Assembly (NCBI GenBank): GCA_947085195.1
Contig: CAMTVM010000004.1
Location: forward strand, 1,624-65,623
Source: an uncultured Chloroflexota bacterium
GTDB lineage: Bacteria > Chloroflexota > Limnocylindria > Limnocylindrales > CSP1-4
Direction of reading: 5' to 3'
Length of the DNA stretch: 64,000 nt
Shown: in pieces, positions 41,486 to 51,344 of the stretch
How the letters are laid out: each line of letters opens with the position of its first letter
Position numbering within the stretch: the first letter of the stretch is position 1
The notes under the pieces: model-generated
What the model was told of the DNA's origin: nothing
The model's database searches: none
What the model saw: only the letters and a program-made list of their open reading frames with translations
Translations under genes and position numbers: made by a program

Positions 41486-42963
41486 CAGGCGGGGGGCTCG
41501 GTGACGGGTTTGGGCTCGGTCGTGACGCCATCGGCGCCGGTGGGCGGCTCGGTGGGCGGCTCGGCGGCCGGCTCGGCGACGGTCTCCTGCGGGCGGATCT
41601 CCCGGATCCGCGCCGGCACGCCCACGGCCATCTTGCCGGCCGGCACGTCCTTCGTGACCACGGCACCGGCACCGGTCCTGCTGTCGTCGCCCAGCGTGAC
41701 CGGCGCCCTCAGCATCGTGTCCACGCCCAGGAAGACCCGCTCGCCGATCGTCGTCCGGTGCTTGCGCTCGCCGTCGTAGTTGGCGGTGATGGTGCCCGCG
41801 CCCACGTTCGTGCCCGCGCCGACGTCCGCGTCGCCCAGGTAGCTGGTGTGGTGCTGGCGGACGTGCTCGCCCAGGCGGCTGTTCTTGATCTCGGCGAAGT
41901 TGCCGATCTCAGAGCGGGTCCCGATGTGGGCACCGGGACGGAGGTGCGAGAACGGGCCGATGGTGACGTCGTCCTCAACGGTGGAGCGCTCGATGACGCT
42001 GGCCCAGACCGTGCACCGCGCGCCGATGACGGAGTCGAAGATCTGGGATCCGCTGGCGATGCGCGTCCCGGCGCCGACGGTCGTGCGGCCGCGCAGGGCG
42101 ACGTTCGGCTCGAGCACCACGTCCTCGGCCAGGACCACGGCGTGATCGAGGTACACCGTGGACGGATCCCCCATCGTCACCCCGGCCCGCATCCAGCGGT
42201 CGTTGAGCTCGACCCGCATGTCCCATTCCGCTCGGGCCAGCTGGGAGCGGTCGTTGATGCCCGTGAGGCGCCCGTCGTCGTCCACGTCCAGCGCCGCCAC
42301 CAGCCGCCCGTCCTCGCGGGCGAACGCGACAAGATGGGTCAGGTACAGCTCGCCGGTCGCGGGCGAGGGGCGAAGGTCGCCGATCCGGCGGCGAAGCCAG
42401 GCCGCGTCGATGGCGTACAGGCCCGCGTTGATCTCGCCGATCTGGCGCTCCTCATCGGAGGCATCCGTCTCCTCCACGATTCGCTCCACGGTCCCGCTGT
42501 CGCTCCGGACGACCCGGCCCAGCCCGGAGGGATCGAGGGCGGCGACCGATACCAGCGCGATGGCGGCGTGGTCCATGGACCTGGCCTCGAGGAGCGATGA
42601 GAGGAGCTCGTCATCCACGAGAGGGACGTCCCCGGACAGGACCAGGATCTCCTCGACGTCCGCGTCAAGCGCCCCCAGCGCGGCCCGCAGCGCGTCCCCC
42701 GTTCCGCGAGGAACGTCCTGGAGCGCGGTGTCGGCTATTGCGGCGACGGCGTCGCGGACCGGTTCCGTGGCCGGGGAGTAGACCACGATCGGCCGTGACC
42801 CGGTGGCCTTGACGGCCGCGTCCAGGACGTACTCGATCATCGGGCGGCCGCACAGGCGGTGCAGGACCTTGGGCAGGGCCGAGCGCATGCGGGTGCCGAG
42901 GCCGGCCGCGAGCACGACCGCGACCCTGCGCCTCACGGGTATGTCGGAGATCGAGGCGGTCAC
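41485..42963 (-). CDS. glmU: bifunctional GlmU (UDP-GlcNAc pyrophosphorylase / GlcN-1-P acetyltransferase) with Pro/Thr-rich C-terminal tail
   Basis: C-terminal 492 aa of track ORF 41485..43089(-). VVLAAGLGTRM, left-handed beta-helix hexapeptide repeats. GTG start 42963 (alt 42936). Confidence 0.85.
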   Translation of the reverse strand: MTASISDIPVRRRVAVVLAAGLGTRMRSALPKVLHRLCGRPMIEYVLDAAVKATGSRPIVVYSPATEPVRDAVAAIADTALQDVPRGTGDALRAALGALDADVEEILVLSGDVPLVDDELLSSLLEARSMDHAAIALVSVAALDPSGLGRVVRSDSGTVERIVEETDASDEERQIGEINAGLYAIDAAWLRRRIGDLRPSPATGELYLTHLVAFAREDGRLVAALDVDDDGRLTGINDRSQLARAEWDMRVELNDRWMRAGVTMGDPSTVYLDHAVVLAEDVVLEPNVALRGRTTVGAGTRIASGSQIFDSVIGARCTVWASVIERSTVEDDVTIGPFSHLRPGAHIGTRSEIGNFAEIKNSRLGEHVRQHHTSYLGDADVGAGTNVGAGTITANYDGERKHRTTIGERVFLGVDTMLRAPVTLGDDSRTGAGAVVTKDVPAGKMAVGVPARIREIRPQETVAEPAAEPPTEPPTGADGVTTEPKPVTEPPA

Positions 42964-43134
42964 GGTGCCCGGAGCAGCGCGGGTCGCGGAGGAGCGGCCG
43001 CATCGGCTGCGGTGCCGGCGCCGGGAGAGGTGTCGGTGTTCGTCATCTGAGGCATTGCCGATTCTGCGGGGGGTCTGCCGGGGTGTCAAACCGGGGGTAC
43101 GCGCCGCTCCTCCCCTGTCCGCCCGGCGCGATCG

Positions 43135-43521
43135 TCAGCGGCTCCCTCGCCGCGCGATCGCCTCGATCTCGACGAGGCCGCCCTTGGGCAGCGCCGCGAC
43201 CGCGACGGTGGACCTGGCCGGCGGCGGGTCCGGCATGAACCGGCCGTAGACCGCGTTCACGGCGGCGAAATCAGCCATGTCGGCCAGGAAGATGGTGGTC
43301 TTGACAACGTCCGCCACCGTCAGGCCGGCAGCGTCCAGGACCGCGGCCAAGTTCCGCATGGAGCGCTCCGCCTGGGCCTCGACGCCCTCGACGAGGACAC
43401 CCGTGGCGGGATCCAGGCCCAGCTGCCCGCTGCAGAAGACGAGGCCGTCGACAGCGATGGCCTGGCTGTACGGGCCGATCGCGGCCGGTGCGCCGGTCGT
43501 GGCGATGGCGTCTCGGGTCAT
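43135..43521 (-). CDS. ridA: RidA/YjgF-family enamine/imine deaminase
   Basis: Track ORF. APAAIGPYSQA...RSTVAVAALPKGGLVEIEAIA. Confidence 0.8.
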   Translation of the reverse strand: MTRDAIATTGAPAAIGPYSQAIAVDGLVFCSGQLGLDPATGVLVEGVEAQAERSMRNLAAVLDAAGLTVADVVKTTIFLADMADFAAVNAVYGRFMPDPPPARSTVAVAALPKGGLVEIEAIARRGSR

Positions 43522-44504
43522 GGCTCCCTCCGGGGGTCGTTGGTTCTTGCGAGGAACCGGGCCGCCGTCACGAACGGTTCGCGTGGGCCCGGGCCGGTGA
43601 TCTCGCCTGCGGCGAGCGCGGCGCGGACCCGGTCCGCGGCCTCGGCCGCCTCGGCATGGGAAGCATAGAGCGCCCAGTGGGTGGGCCCTGAGCCCGACAG
43701 GCCCACGGGGCGACCGAGCAGCCGCAGCAGCGCCCGCCTGAACGGGACGAGCGCGGGCTCCACGGCCGCAGCGGCGGGCGCCAGGTCGTTGGCCGCGGCC
43801 AGCACCGACGCCCGGGCCATGAGGTCCGCGGCTCGGATCCCCCTTCGGAGCTCCTCGGCCAGGTGCGCCGAGGCGAGGCGGGCGGCGCCACCGGCCACGC
43901 GGGCGCCCTCATCCCACGCTCGGAACACCGCGGGCGTGGAGAGCGCGACCCCGGGCGTGACGAGGATGAGCGCCGGACCGTCGCGGCCGGTCGTCACGTC
44001 CCGCAGCCAGCCCAGGGGCGTCAGGCGCTCGCCACGGCCCTCGGCAAGGGCCGGTCCCCCTGCCAGGAAGAACGGCACGTCCGACCCCAGCTCCACGGCA
44101 AGGCGGTGACGGGCCTGTGGGTCCAGCTCCACGCTCCACGCATCGAGCGCGGCGTCAACGGCGGCCGCCGCGTCCGACGAACCGCCCGCCAGCCCCGCCG
44201 CGACGGGGATCCGCTTCTCGAGCCTGGCGGCGAGGGCGGGCGGGGGCGCGACACGGCCCCACTCTGCGCGGGCGTGGCGCCTCGCGGCCTCGATCGCGCG
44301 CAGCACGAGGTTGTCCGCGACGGGCCCGGGATCGAAGCCATCGACGTGAATCGTGTCCTCGCGCCCCGGCGGCAGGACCGCGACCGACAACCGGTCCGCG
44401 AGGTCCAGCGGGACCATCACGCTGTGCAGGTCGTGGAAGCCGTCGGGGCGGGCCCCCAGCACGGCCAGGGTCAGGTTGAGCTTCGCGGGCGCAAGCCGCA
44501 CGAC
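43518..44504 (-). CDS. ispE: 4-diphosphocytidyl-2-C-methyl-D-erythritol kinase
   Basis: C-terminal part of track ORF 43518..44669(-). APAKLNLTLAV, GGSSDAAAA GHMP-kinase motifs. Start approximate. Confidence 0.75.
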   Translation of the reverse strand, partial: VVRLAPAKLNLTLAVLGARPDGFHDLHSVMVPLDLADRLSVAVLPPGREDTIHVDGFDPGPVADNLVLRAIEAARRHARAEWGRVAPPPALAARLEKRIPVAAGLAGGSSDAAAAVDAALDAWSVELDPQARHRLAVELGSDVPFFLAGGPALAEGRGERLTPLGWLRDVTTGRDGPALILVTPGVALSTPAVFRAWDEGARVAGGAARLASAHLAEELRRGIRAADLMARASVLAAANDLAPAAAAVEPALVPFRRALLRLLGRPVGLSGSGPTHWALYASHAEAAEAADRVRAALAAGEITGPGPREPFVTAARFLARTNDPRREP

Positions 44505-44574
44505 GGGCGTGAGACGGCCGGCGGGGTCGTGGTCGGCGATCACCGAACGGTCACCCGGCCGGTCGTCAGGCCGT

Positions 44575-45455
44575 TCACCGGGCTCCCGGGATGGGGCCGA
44601 TGGCCGCGGCGAGGGCCAGCCACTCCCCCACCGCCAGGGTCTGCGGGCGCCGGTCACGGACGACGCCACAGGCCTCGAGCGCCGCGTCCACGCGCTCGGG
44701 CGGGATCGGCAGCTGGCGCGCCAGGGTGTTGTGGATCATCTTGCGCCGCTCGCGGAACCCGGCCTGGACGATGCGCCAGAGGTGGTCCTCGGCCTCGGCG
44801 TCCAGGCGGTCGTCGGCGGCGAAGGGCTCCAGCACCAGGACGGCTGACTCCACCTTGGGCGCGGGCTCGAACGCGTCCTGCGGCACCCTGAGCGCCACCC
44901 GGGCGCGGGCGTGGTATTGGACGAACACCGAGAGGTAGGACATGCCGCCGGGCGGCGCCGCGATCCGCTCCGCGACCTCGCGCTGGACCATCAGCACGAG
45001 CCGCTCGGCGCGGGGGGCGTTGCCCAGCAGCCGGTGCAGGATAGGGCTGGTGATGTGGTACGGCAGGTTGGCGACCACGTCGTACGGCGGCGGGACAAGG
45101 TTCACCAGGTCCTGGTCCAGGGCGTCGTCCTCGACCAGGTGGAAGACGCCGGCGTCCGCCTCGGCAACGAACCGCTCGCGCAGCACCGAGGCAAGCCCCC
45201 GGTCCAGTTCCACGGCCGTCACGTTCGCCCCGGCCGCGAGCAGGCCGCCCGTCAGGAACCCGAGACCGGGGCCGATCTCGAGCACGCCTCGGCCGGGTCC
45301 CGGGTCCGCCTCGCGGAGGATCCCCTCCAGCACGTCCACGTCTGCGAGGAAGTTCTGCGAGAGGTTGTGCCGCGCGCGGAGCCCGGCCTGCTTCAGGGTC
45401 CGCTGGACGAACTGCGGGTCCAGCCGGAGCTCCCGGGCACGACGCTCCCCGCTCA
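44575..45455 (-). CDS. rsmA: 16S rRNA (adenine1518/1519-N6)-dimethyltransferase
   Basis: C-terminal 293 aa of track ORF 44575..45891(-). HNLSQNFL, VLEIGPGLG, NLPYHITSPIL. Start approximate (GTG 45455, 4-nt overlap with tsaD stop). Confidence 0.8.
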
Positions 45456-46517
45456 CCGGGCGAGCGGCAGCGAGGGCCGCGCATCGAGATCGAGACCGGC
45501 GCGGACGCCGGCCGCGTATCGACGGGCCCCGGCGGCACCGATCATCGCACCGTTGTCGGTGCACAGCCCCGGCCGCGGGATCACCATCGCGATGCCGCGG
45601 GTCGCCGCCTCGCCGTTCATCCGGGCGCGGAGCGCCGCGTTGGCCGCCACCCCACCGCCCAGGACGATCCCCTGCGCCCCGACCTCCTCGGCCGCGCGGA
45701 TCGTCTTCGTCGCCAGCACGTCCACCACGGCGTCCTGGAACCCCCAGGCGAGCTCGGCGACGATCGCGGCCGGCAACGGCCCGTCCCGCTCGTCGGCCGG
45801 CAAGCCGGCCTCTGCGCGCGCCTGCGCCACGATCCGCCGGGCGGCGGTCTTGAGCCCCGAGAAGCTGACGTCGTACGAATCGCCGAGCCATGCCCTCGGG
45901 AAGACGCGGTTCTTCGCCACGGCCGCCTCGGCCGCCCGCGAGATCGCCGGCCCGCCCGGGTAGTCCAGGCCGAGGAGTCGTCCGACCTTGTCGAACGCCT
46001 CGCCAGCGGCGTCGTCGATGGTGCCGCCGAGGTACCGGTAGTCGAGGTGGTCGCGCATCTCGACCAGAAAGGTATGCCCACCCGAGACCACCAGCGCGAC
46101 CAGCGGGAACGGCGGCAGATCGCGGTCCGCCTCTCCCGGATCGAGGAGCCAGCCCGCATAGGCATGACCCTCGAGGTGGTTGACCGGAACCAGCGGTTTG
46201 CCGTGGGCCCAGGCCAGGGCCTTGGCGAAGCTGATCCCCACGAGGAGCGAGCCGGCGAGACCGGGCCCGTTGGTCACCGCCACCGCGTCCACGTCGCCCA
46301 TCGTCACGCCCGCGGTGGCCAGCGCCTCGTCCAGGACCGGCACGATCCAGCGCAGGTGGGCCCGGGCGGCGACCTCCGGCACGATGCCGCCCGTCGGGGC
46401 GTGGAGCGCCACCTGGCTCGCGACTACGTCGGCATGGATCCGGCGACCACCCTCCACGAGGGCGATGCCGGTCTCGTCACAGCTGGACTCCACCGCCAGG
46501 AGCAGCGGACCGCTCAC
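45453..46517 (-). CDS. tsaD: tRNA N6-adenosine threonylcarbamoyltransferase TsaD (Kae1/Gcp)
   Basis: C-terminal 355 aa of track ORF 45453..47024(-). LLLAVESSCDETGIALV...VNHLEGHA...GGVAAN. GTG start 46517. Confidence 0.9.
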   Translation of the reverse strand: MSGPLLLAVESSCDETGIALVEGGRRIHADVVASQVALHAPTGGIVPEVAARAHLRWIVPVLDEALATAGVTMGDVDAVAVTNGPGLAGSLLVGISFAKALAWAHGKPLVPVNHLEGHAYAGWLLDPGEADRDLPPFPLVALVVSGGHTFLVEMRDHLDYRYLGGTIDDAAGEAFDKVGRLLGLDYPGGPAISRAAEAAVAKNRVFPRAWLGDSYDVSFSGLKTAARRIVAQARAEAGLPADERDGPLPAAIVAELAWGFQDAVVDVLATKTIRAAEEVGAQGIVLGGGVAANAALRARMNGEAATRGIAMVIPRPGLCTDNGAMIGAAGARRYAAGVRAGLDLDARPSLPLAR

Positions 46518-47116
46518 GGGGCGGTCCCCATCCGGTCCAGGGCGGGCGCGTCCCCGTCCAGCCTCGTCTCGGGCTCGGCGTCCGGCTCGGTCCCGGGCGG
46601 CGGGGCGGCATCGACCGCGGCCCGGAGGCAGGCGATCCGCTCGCGCATGACCGGGCCGGACAGCGGCTCCGTCGTCATGATCAGCGCGTCCTCCTGGTTG
46701 TCGCTGTAATAGCGGGGCCGGATGCCCACGGGCCGGAACCCGTACTTCTCGTACAACCGCCGCGCGGGCAGGTTCGACAGCCGTACCTCGAGGGTCGCCT
46801 CGCGGGCCTGGCGGGCGACGGCGAGGTCCAGCAGGGCGATCAGCAATCGCTCGCCGATGCGGCGGCGGCGGTACCCGGGGTGGACGGCGAACGTGGTGAC
46901 GTGCGCCTCGTCGACCATCAGCCAGATCCCACCGTACCCGACGACCCGTTCGCCGATCAGCGCCACCACATAATGCGCGAGGCGGTTCGCCTCCAGCTCC
47001 TGGCGGTACGCCTGCGCCGGCCACGGGGTGACGAACGACGCACGCTCGATCAGCTGCACGAGCGGCAGGTCTTCCGCCGCCATCGGCCGGACGCGCAGGA
47101 CGGGGCTGCTGATCAC
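46514..47116 (-). CDS. rimI: ribosomal-protein-alanine N-acetyltransferase (GNAT)
   Basis: Track ORF. GNAT motif VHPGYRRRRIGERLL; position between tsaB and tsaD. Confidence 0.75.
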   Translation of the reverse strand: MISSPVLRVRPMAAEDLPLVQLIERASFVTPWPAQAYRQELEANRLAHYVVALIGERVVGYGGIWLMVDEAHVTTFAVHPGYRRRRIGERLLIALLDLAVARQAREATLEVRLSNLPARRLYEKYGFRPVGIRPRYYSDNQEDALIMTTEPLSGPVMRERIACLRAAVDAAPPPGTEPDAEPETRLDGDAPALDRMGTAP

Positions 47117-47817
47117 TCCGCGGCCTCCCCGCCGCTCATCTCCACGGCACGCTCCGGGAGCGCGGCACGGACGCCTCGGGGCAGCGTGACGTATTCCGGG
47201 ACCAGCTCCGCCAGGTCGTCCGCTTCTCCTGCGGCAAGCCGCGCGGCCCCCACGGCCAGCAGGGTCGCCGCGAGCCGCTCGTGGGCCACGGCGCCCAGCG
47301 AGGTCGCCTCGGCCGGAGCGCGGCCATCGAGGTCGACGGCCACCAGGCGCTCGTCAGGGCCCAGGCCGGGGTCCGTCCCGCCGGGCAGGATCACGGGCGC
47401 CGCACCGGGCCGGCTCAGGACACGGTCCGATGCGCCAGCGGGCTGGAGGAGCGCGATCGCGCCCGGCTTGGCGGTGACGGCGGCGGCTGATGCGGCGGCG
47501 AAGAGGAGCGCCTGCCCCGTGGGGACGCCGGCGATCGGCAGCCTGAGCGCATGGGCGAGGCCCTTGGCGGTGGCAATGCCGACCCGCAGGCCCGTGAATG
47601 CCCCAGGACCCGTGCCCACCACGATTCCACCCAGCTCCGCCGGTGCCTGCCCAAGGTCCTCGAGCAGGCCTTCGATCCGGACCAGGAGCTCCTCGCCGTG
47701 GCGGTAGCCAGCCACCCACCGGCGCTGCTCCACCAGCGTGCCGTCGGGCTCACCCAGCCCGATCACGGCGCTGGTCGTGGCGGTGTCGATGACGAGGAGC
47801 CGGCCGGTCACGGTCAC
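47113..47817 (-). CDS. tsaB: tRNA threonylcarbamoyladenosine biosynthesis protein TsaB (YeaZ)
   Basis: C-terminal 235 aa of track ORF 47113..47952(-). LLVIDTATTSAVIGL. GTGA overlap with tsaE stop. Confidence 0.8.
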   Translation of the reverse strand: MTVTGRLLVIDTATTSAVIGLGEPDGTLVEQRRWVAGYRHGEELLVRIEGLLEDLGQAPAELGGIVVGTGPGAFTGLRVGIATAKGLAHALRLPIAGVPTGQALLFAAASAAAVTAKPGAIALLQPAGASDRVLSRPGAAPVILPGGTDPGLGPDERLVAVDLDGRAPAEATSLGAVAHERLAATLLAVGAARLAAGEADDLAELVPEYVTLPRGVRAALPERAVEMSGGEAAE

Positions 47818-48287
47818 GCGGCCGCCTCCAGGTAGCGGCCGTACGCCCGATCGACGGAGCGCAGCACGATCCGCCGGGGCTCGTCGCCGGTGCCTTCGAT
47901 CAGCACGTCCAACCGGGCGACCGGGAGCGAAGACCCCAGGCGCTCGCCCCACTCCACGAGGACCACGCCTTCACCCTGCCGCTCGTCGATGAGCCCGCCT
48001 GCGAAGGCGTCGGCCGCGTCGATCAGACGGTAGAGGTCAAGGTGGAACAGCGGGAGCCGTCCCTCGTACTCGGTCATCAGCACGAACGTCGGAGAGCTGA
48101 CCGTATCGGTGATCCCGAGGCCCACCGCAAACCCCTTGGCGAACTGCGTCTTGCCGGCGCCCAGCTCGCCGGTCAGGCACAGCAGGTCCCCGGGGCGGGC
48201 AACGGCGGCGAGCCGCGCGGCCAGGGCACGGGTGGCGGCGGGGTCAGTGGAGGCAACGACGCGCTCGCGGCGCAAGGACACGGACAT
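47814..48287 (-). CDS. tsaE: tRNA t6A biosynthesis ATPase TsaE (YjeE)
   Basis: Track ORF. Walker A LTGELGAGKTQFAKG. Confidence 0.8.
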   Translation of the reverse strand: MSVSLRRERVVASTDPAATRALAARLAAVARPGDLLCLTGELGAGKTQFAKGFAVGLGITDTVSSPTFVLMTEYEGRLPLFHLDLYRLIDAADAFAGGLIDERQGEGVVLVEWGERLGSSLPVARLDVLIEGTGDEPRRIVLRSVDRAYGRYLEAAA

Positions 48288-48391
48288 GGCCCCGAGGGTA
48301 GCCGAACCCGCCGCCGGGCGCGGGTGCGGATGCCGACCAGGACGACATGTGGGGATTCAGGGCAAGGCTGCGTCCGTGCGACGCACGCGGG

Positions 48392-49417
48392 TCAGGCGTA
48401 GCGCTCCAGGTCGCCGAGCGGCACGGCCATCCGGTCCTCGTCACCGATCTCCACGAACGCCGCTTCGATATGGACGCCGGCCCCGAACCGCCACAGGCCG
48501 GCCGGCCCCAGCACCCGGCCCTCGGCACCCGCATTGGGGCCGCTTCGGATCCGGACCCAGGTCGGGTCTGCCTCCGCGGGCGCCGGGTCCGCACCTCCGA
48601 ACACCAGTGCCGGCGGATCCACGAGCAGCGCGACCTCCTGCCCGGCGAAGCGCTCGAGCAGGGCGGCAACCGGCCCGGGGATCGGGCGCCGCAGGGCCCC
48701 CTCCAGCACGAGCACGCCGAACGGCGGCGCGGGGTGGAGCGCGGCCAGCTGCCGCCGTTCCGACGCCCGGAAGTCCCGGAGCTCCTTGCCGGGCAGCGAC
48801 GCGACCACGATGCCCCGAACGCCCATCGCCCGGGCTCGCGTCAGGGCCTCCGCATCGATGCGCGACCCGACGACCAGGATGCTCCCGGCGCGGCCGACGT
48901 CGATTCCGCCGGGCCGGAGCTCGCCGAATGGATCCGTGGCCAGCTCAAGGGTGCCCCGAGCCGCGGTCCCCGCCGCGAACGCGGCGCGCAGCGACCATCC
49001 TTCGGAGCGGACGCGGATCTCCGCTCCGGGGCGGACCTCGGTCACCACGCCCGCCACGGGCGACGGCAGCGTCACGCGATGGTCGCCGGTGATCAGTCGC
49101 CACCGGTTGCCCCGGCCGGGAACCGGGGCGAGCAGCTCTCCCTCCACGTCCCGGTCCCGGCGCCGCCGGCCGGGGGGCGGCGTCCAGCGGCTGCCCGGCA
49201 CGGGCCGGTCTGCCTCCGTGGATACGACGTCGACCTCGACGATCCGGCGGTCGCGCAGGTGCTCCAGCAGGGGATCGCCCGCGAGCACGGCGCTCCCGGG
49301 ATCCACCAGCGGCCGATCGCCGGGCGGCAGCGGGAAGCGGCCCTCCAGGCCGCCCTCGAGCAGCCTGCGGACGGGAATCTCGAGGAGCCAGTCCGCGGCC
49401 GCACGCTGCCGCGTCAT
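48392..49417 (-). CDS. hypothetical protein (341 aa), ATGA-coupled to upstream gene
   Basis: C-terminal part of track ORF 48392..49450(-); no family recognised. Confidence 0.45.
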   Translation of the reverse strand: MTRQRAAADWLLEIPVRRLLEGGLEGRFPLPPGDRPLVDPGSAVLAGDPLLEHLRDRRIVEVDVVSTEADRPVPGSRWTPPPGRRRRDRDVEGELLAPVPGRGNRWRLITGDHRVTLPSPVAGVVTEVRPGAEIRVRSEGWSLRAAFAAGTAARGTLELATDPFGELRPGGIDVGRAGSILVVGSRIDAEALTRARAMGVRGIVVASLPGKELRDFRASERRQLAALHPAPPFGVLVLEGALRRPIPGPVAALLERFAGQEVALLVDPPALVFGGADPAPAEADPTWVRIRSGPNAGAEGRVLGPAGLWRFGAGVHIEAAFVEIGDEDRMAVPLGDLERYA

Positions 49418-51021
49418 GCCTCGACCTCCGGCCACAGGGCGGCCTGCCACGATGCCAGCAACTCACGACGACGCTCCAGGCGGCGCGGCAGCTCGAGCGG
49501 GATGTCCCGCAGGTCGACGAGCAGGCCGCCCAGGCCGCCGGCCACCTCCAGCGCCACGTGGCGCGTCCGCAGCCCGAAGCGGACGGGGTCCCGCAGGTCG
49601 AACTCCACGATCGAGCGCTCGCCCGGCGGCAGGTCCACCAGTTCCAGGCCTCCCGGCGCCAGGTCCAGTACGGCCGGCCCACCCGCGCCACGGATCACCA
49701 GGCGCCCGGCCGAGCGTCCGGCACGGAGCCCGGCGGGCATCGCCACGCTGCCCAGGGGGGTCAGAAGGTCGTCGCGCAGCTCCGTCATCACGGCGTGCCG
49801 CTCCGCAGCGTCCGCGATCGTCCCCAGCGGCGCCAGCAGGCGAGCGTGATCGAGGCCCAGGCCGCGCACGCCCGCCCGCCGGTAGGTGTCCGCCAGGGCC
49901 AGGGCGACGGCCGGGCCGGGCGCCACCGCCCACACGCCTCCGGCCGCGACAACCAGGTCCGCGGGCGGGAGTTCGTCGAAGGCCGGCGTCGCGGCCAGGA
50001 GCCGCGCCAGCGCGGCACGGGCAGCCGCCAACCGGAGCAGCGCGCCGTCGCCGGCCGCGTCTCCCCAGGGGGCCAGTGCCAGCTCTCGGAGCCGGTCCCG
50101 GACGCGCAGCCGGTCGAGGGGGACGATCAGCCAGCTCATGACCGCCTCGAGGTGGGCGTCGGAGAACGAGCGTGGCAGGAGCGCGGCTTCGGGGACCAGC
50201 GCGACACGGGGGACCGCGGTCTCGCCGGGAGCCCAGCCAGCGGCGATGCGGGCCGCCCCTGTCATGCCGATCTCCAGGATCTCGACTCGCCGCTGCAGGA
50301 CGTCCGCCAGGGTGGCGGTCGCGATCGCCAGGGCCCGGCGACCGTCAGGTTCACCACCCCGAAGGCCGTCCAAAAGGGCCCGGAGCGGCTCGCCGCCACC
50401 CGTCGCCGGTGACGGCGCCAGCACCGTGGGGCCGGGTCGACCGGGTTGGAACAGCGCCTCGGTGCGACCACCGGGTTCCGCCAGAACTCCGGAGAGAACG
50501 GCGACCAGGTCCGGGCGCCGCTCGGTGGCGGCAGCCACGAGCTGGCCCAGGTCCCCGATGAGCGGGCGCTCGTCGGCTCCCGGCGGATCGGACGCGCCCG
50601 CCAGCACCGCCGCGACGCGCGGGTCCGCGAGGGCTGTCGCGACGGCGAGGATCTCCGCTCCGTCGAGGACCAGTGGCCGCACGCGCCAGCCCGCCGTCGA
50701 TGCCGCCGCCGCCAACGGCTTCAGGACGCGCTCCGTGGCCGCGACCACGACCATCTCCGGGGCCGCGCCCGTGACGCAGGAGAGCCGCCGGGCGCCGGCC
50801 GCGCTGCCCGCGGCACCGAGCGCGAGGGAGGCGGCCGTCCCGGGGTCCACGGTCGCCAGGCGGCCCCGTAGCCGCTCGAGCAGCGCCTCCTCGGGGACTC
50901 CTGCAGGGCCCGAGGTGCTGCCCAGCAATCGCCAGCGGCCGGCCACCTTTCCCACCAGGGAGACGGCGGTGGTCGCGGTCCCCCGGTCGACGGCGGCGAA
51001 GACGGGCTGCTCGTTCCTCAC
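49414..51021 (-). CDS. hypothetical protein with possible ASKHA (actin-like ATPase) N-terminus
   Basis: Track ORF. N-terminal VFAAVDRGTATTAVSLVGK resembles phosphate-1 motif of ASKHA ATPases (MutL/GlmL, PilM/FtsA-like); otherwise unrecognised. GTG start 51021. Confidence 0.45.
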   Translation of the reverse strand: MRNEQPVFAAVDRGTATTAVSLVGKVAGRWRLLGSTSGPAGVPEEALLERLRGRLATVDPGTAASLALGAAGSAAGARRLSCVTGAAPEMVVVAATERVLKPLAAAASTAGWRVRPLVLDGAEILAVATALADPRVAAVLAGASDPPGADERPLIGDLGQLVAAATERRPDLVAVLSGVLAEPGGRTEALFQPGRPGPTVLAPSPATGGGEPLRALLDGLRGGEPDGRRALAIATATLADVLQRRVEILEIGMTGAARIAAGWAPGETAVPRVALVPEAALLPRSFSDAHLEAVMSWLIVPLDRLRVRDRLRELALAPWGDAAGDGALLRLAAARAALARLLAATPAFDELPPADLVVAAGGVWAVAPGPAVALALADTYRRAGVRGLGLDHARLLAPLGTIADAAERHAVMTELRDDLLTPLGSVAMPAGLRAGRSAGRLVIRGAGGPAVLDLAPGGLELVDLPPGERSIVEFDLRDPVRFGLRTRHVALEVAGGLGGLLVDLRDIPLELPRRLERRRELLASWQAALWPEVEA

Positions 51022-51053
51022 CCGCCCGATGCTATCAGCGGTCGGCGCCGGGC

Positions 51054-51344
51054 TCAGGCGTCCCAGCCGTCCGACTCGTCGAGCTCCTCGAGGCGGTCGA
51101 TCAGCGCCTCGATCCCCGCGTCGTCGCGGAGGAGCTCGCTGGCCGACGGCGTCTCGCCGCCGAACAACTCCCCCAGGACCGGATCGAAGAACAGCATCGC
51201 GGGGGCCCCGAGCGGCCGGTACGGGCGGCTCGCCTCGAGGAAGTGGACGGCGGGTCCGGTGAGGCCGCGTAGCCGGATCTCGCGCGCCACCGTCTCGACC
51301 AGAGCGTCACGGCGCTCGTCGAAGAGCTCCATCCCGAAGCTCAT
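51054..51344 (-). CDS. small acidic hypothetical protein (96 aa)
   Basis: In track ORF 51054..51413(-). MSFGMELFDERRDALV... ATGA overlap with macro-domain gene stop. Confidence 0.4.
   Translation of the reverse strand: MSFGMELFDERRDALVETVAREIRLRGLTGPAVHFLEASRPYRPLGAPAMLFFDPVLGELFGGETPSASELLRDDAGIEALIDRLEELDESDGWDA

Noticed and set aside
41490-41600. Short tandem DNA repeats (GGCTCGGTG/GGCGGCTCGG) suggesting a repeat element
   Set aside because: They encode the Pro/Thr/Glu-rich C-terminal tail of GlmU. Coding low-complexity, not a mobile or CRISPR repeat.
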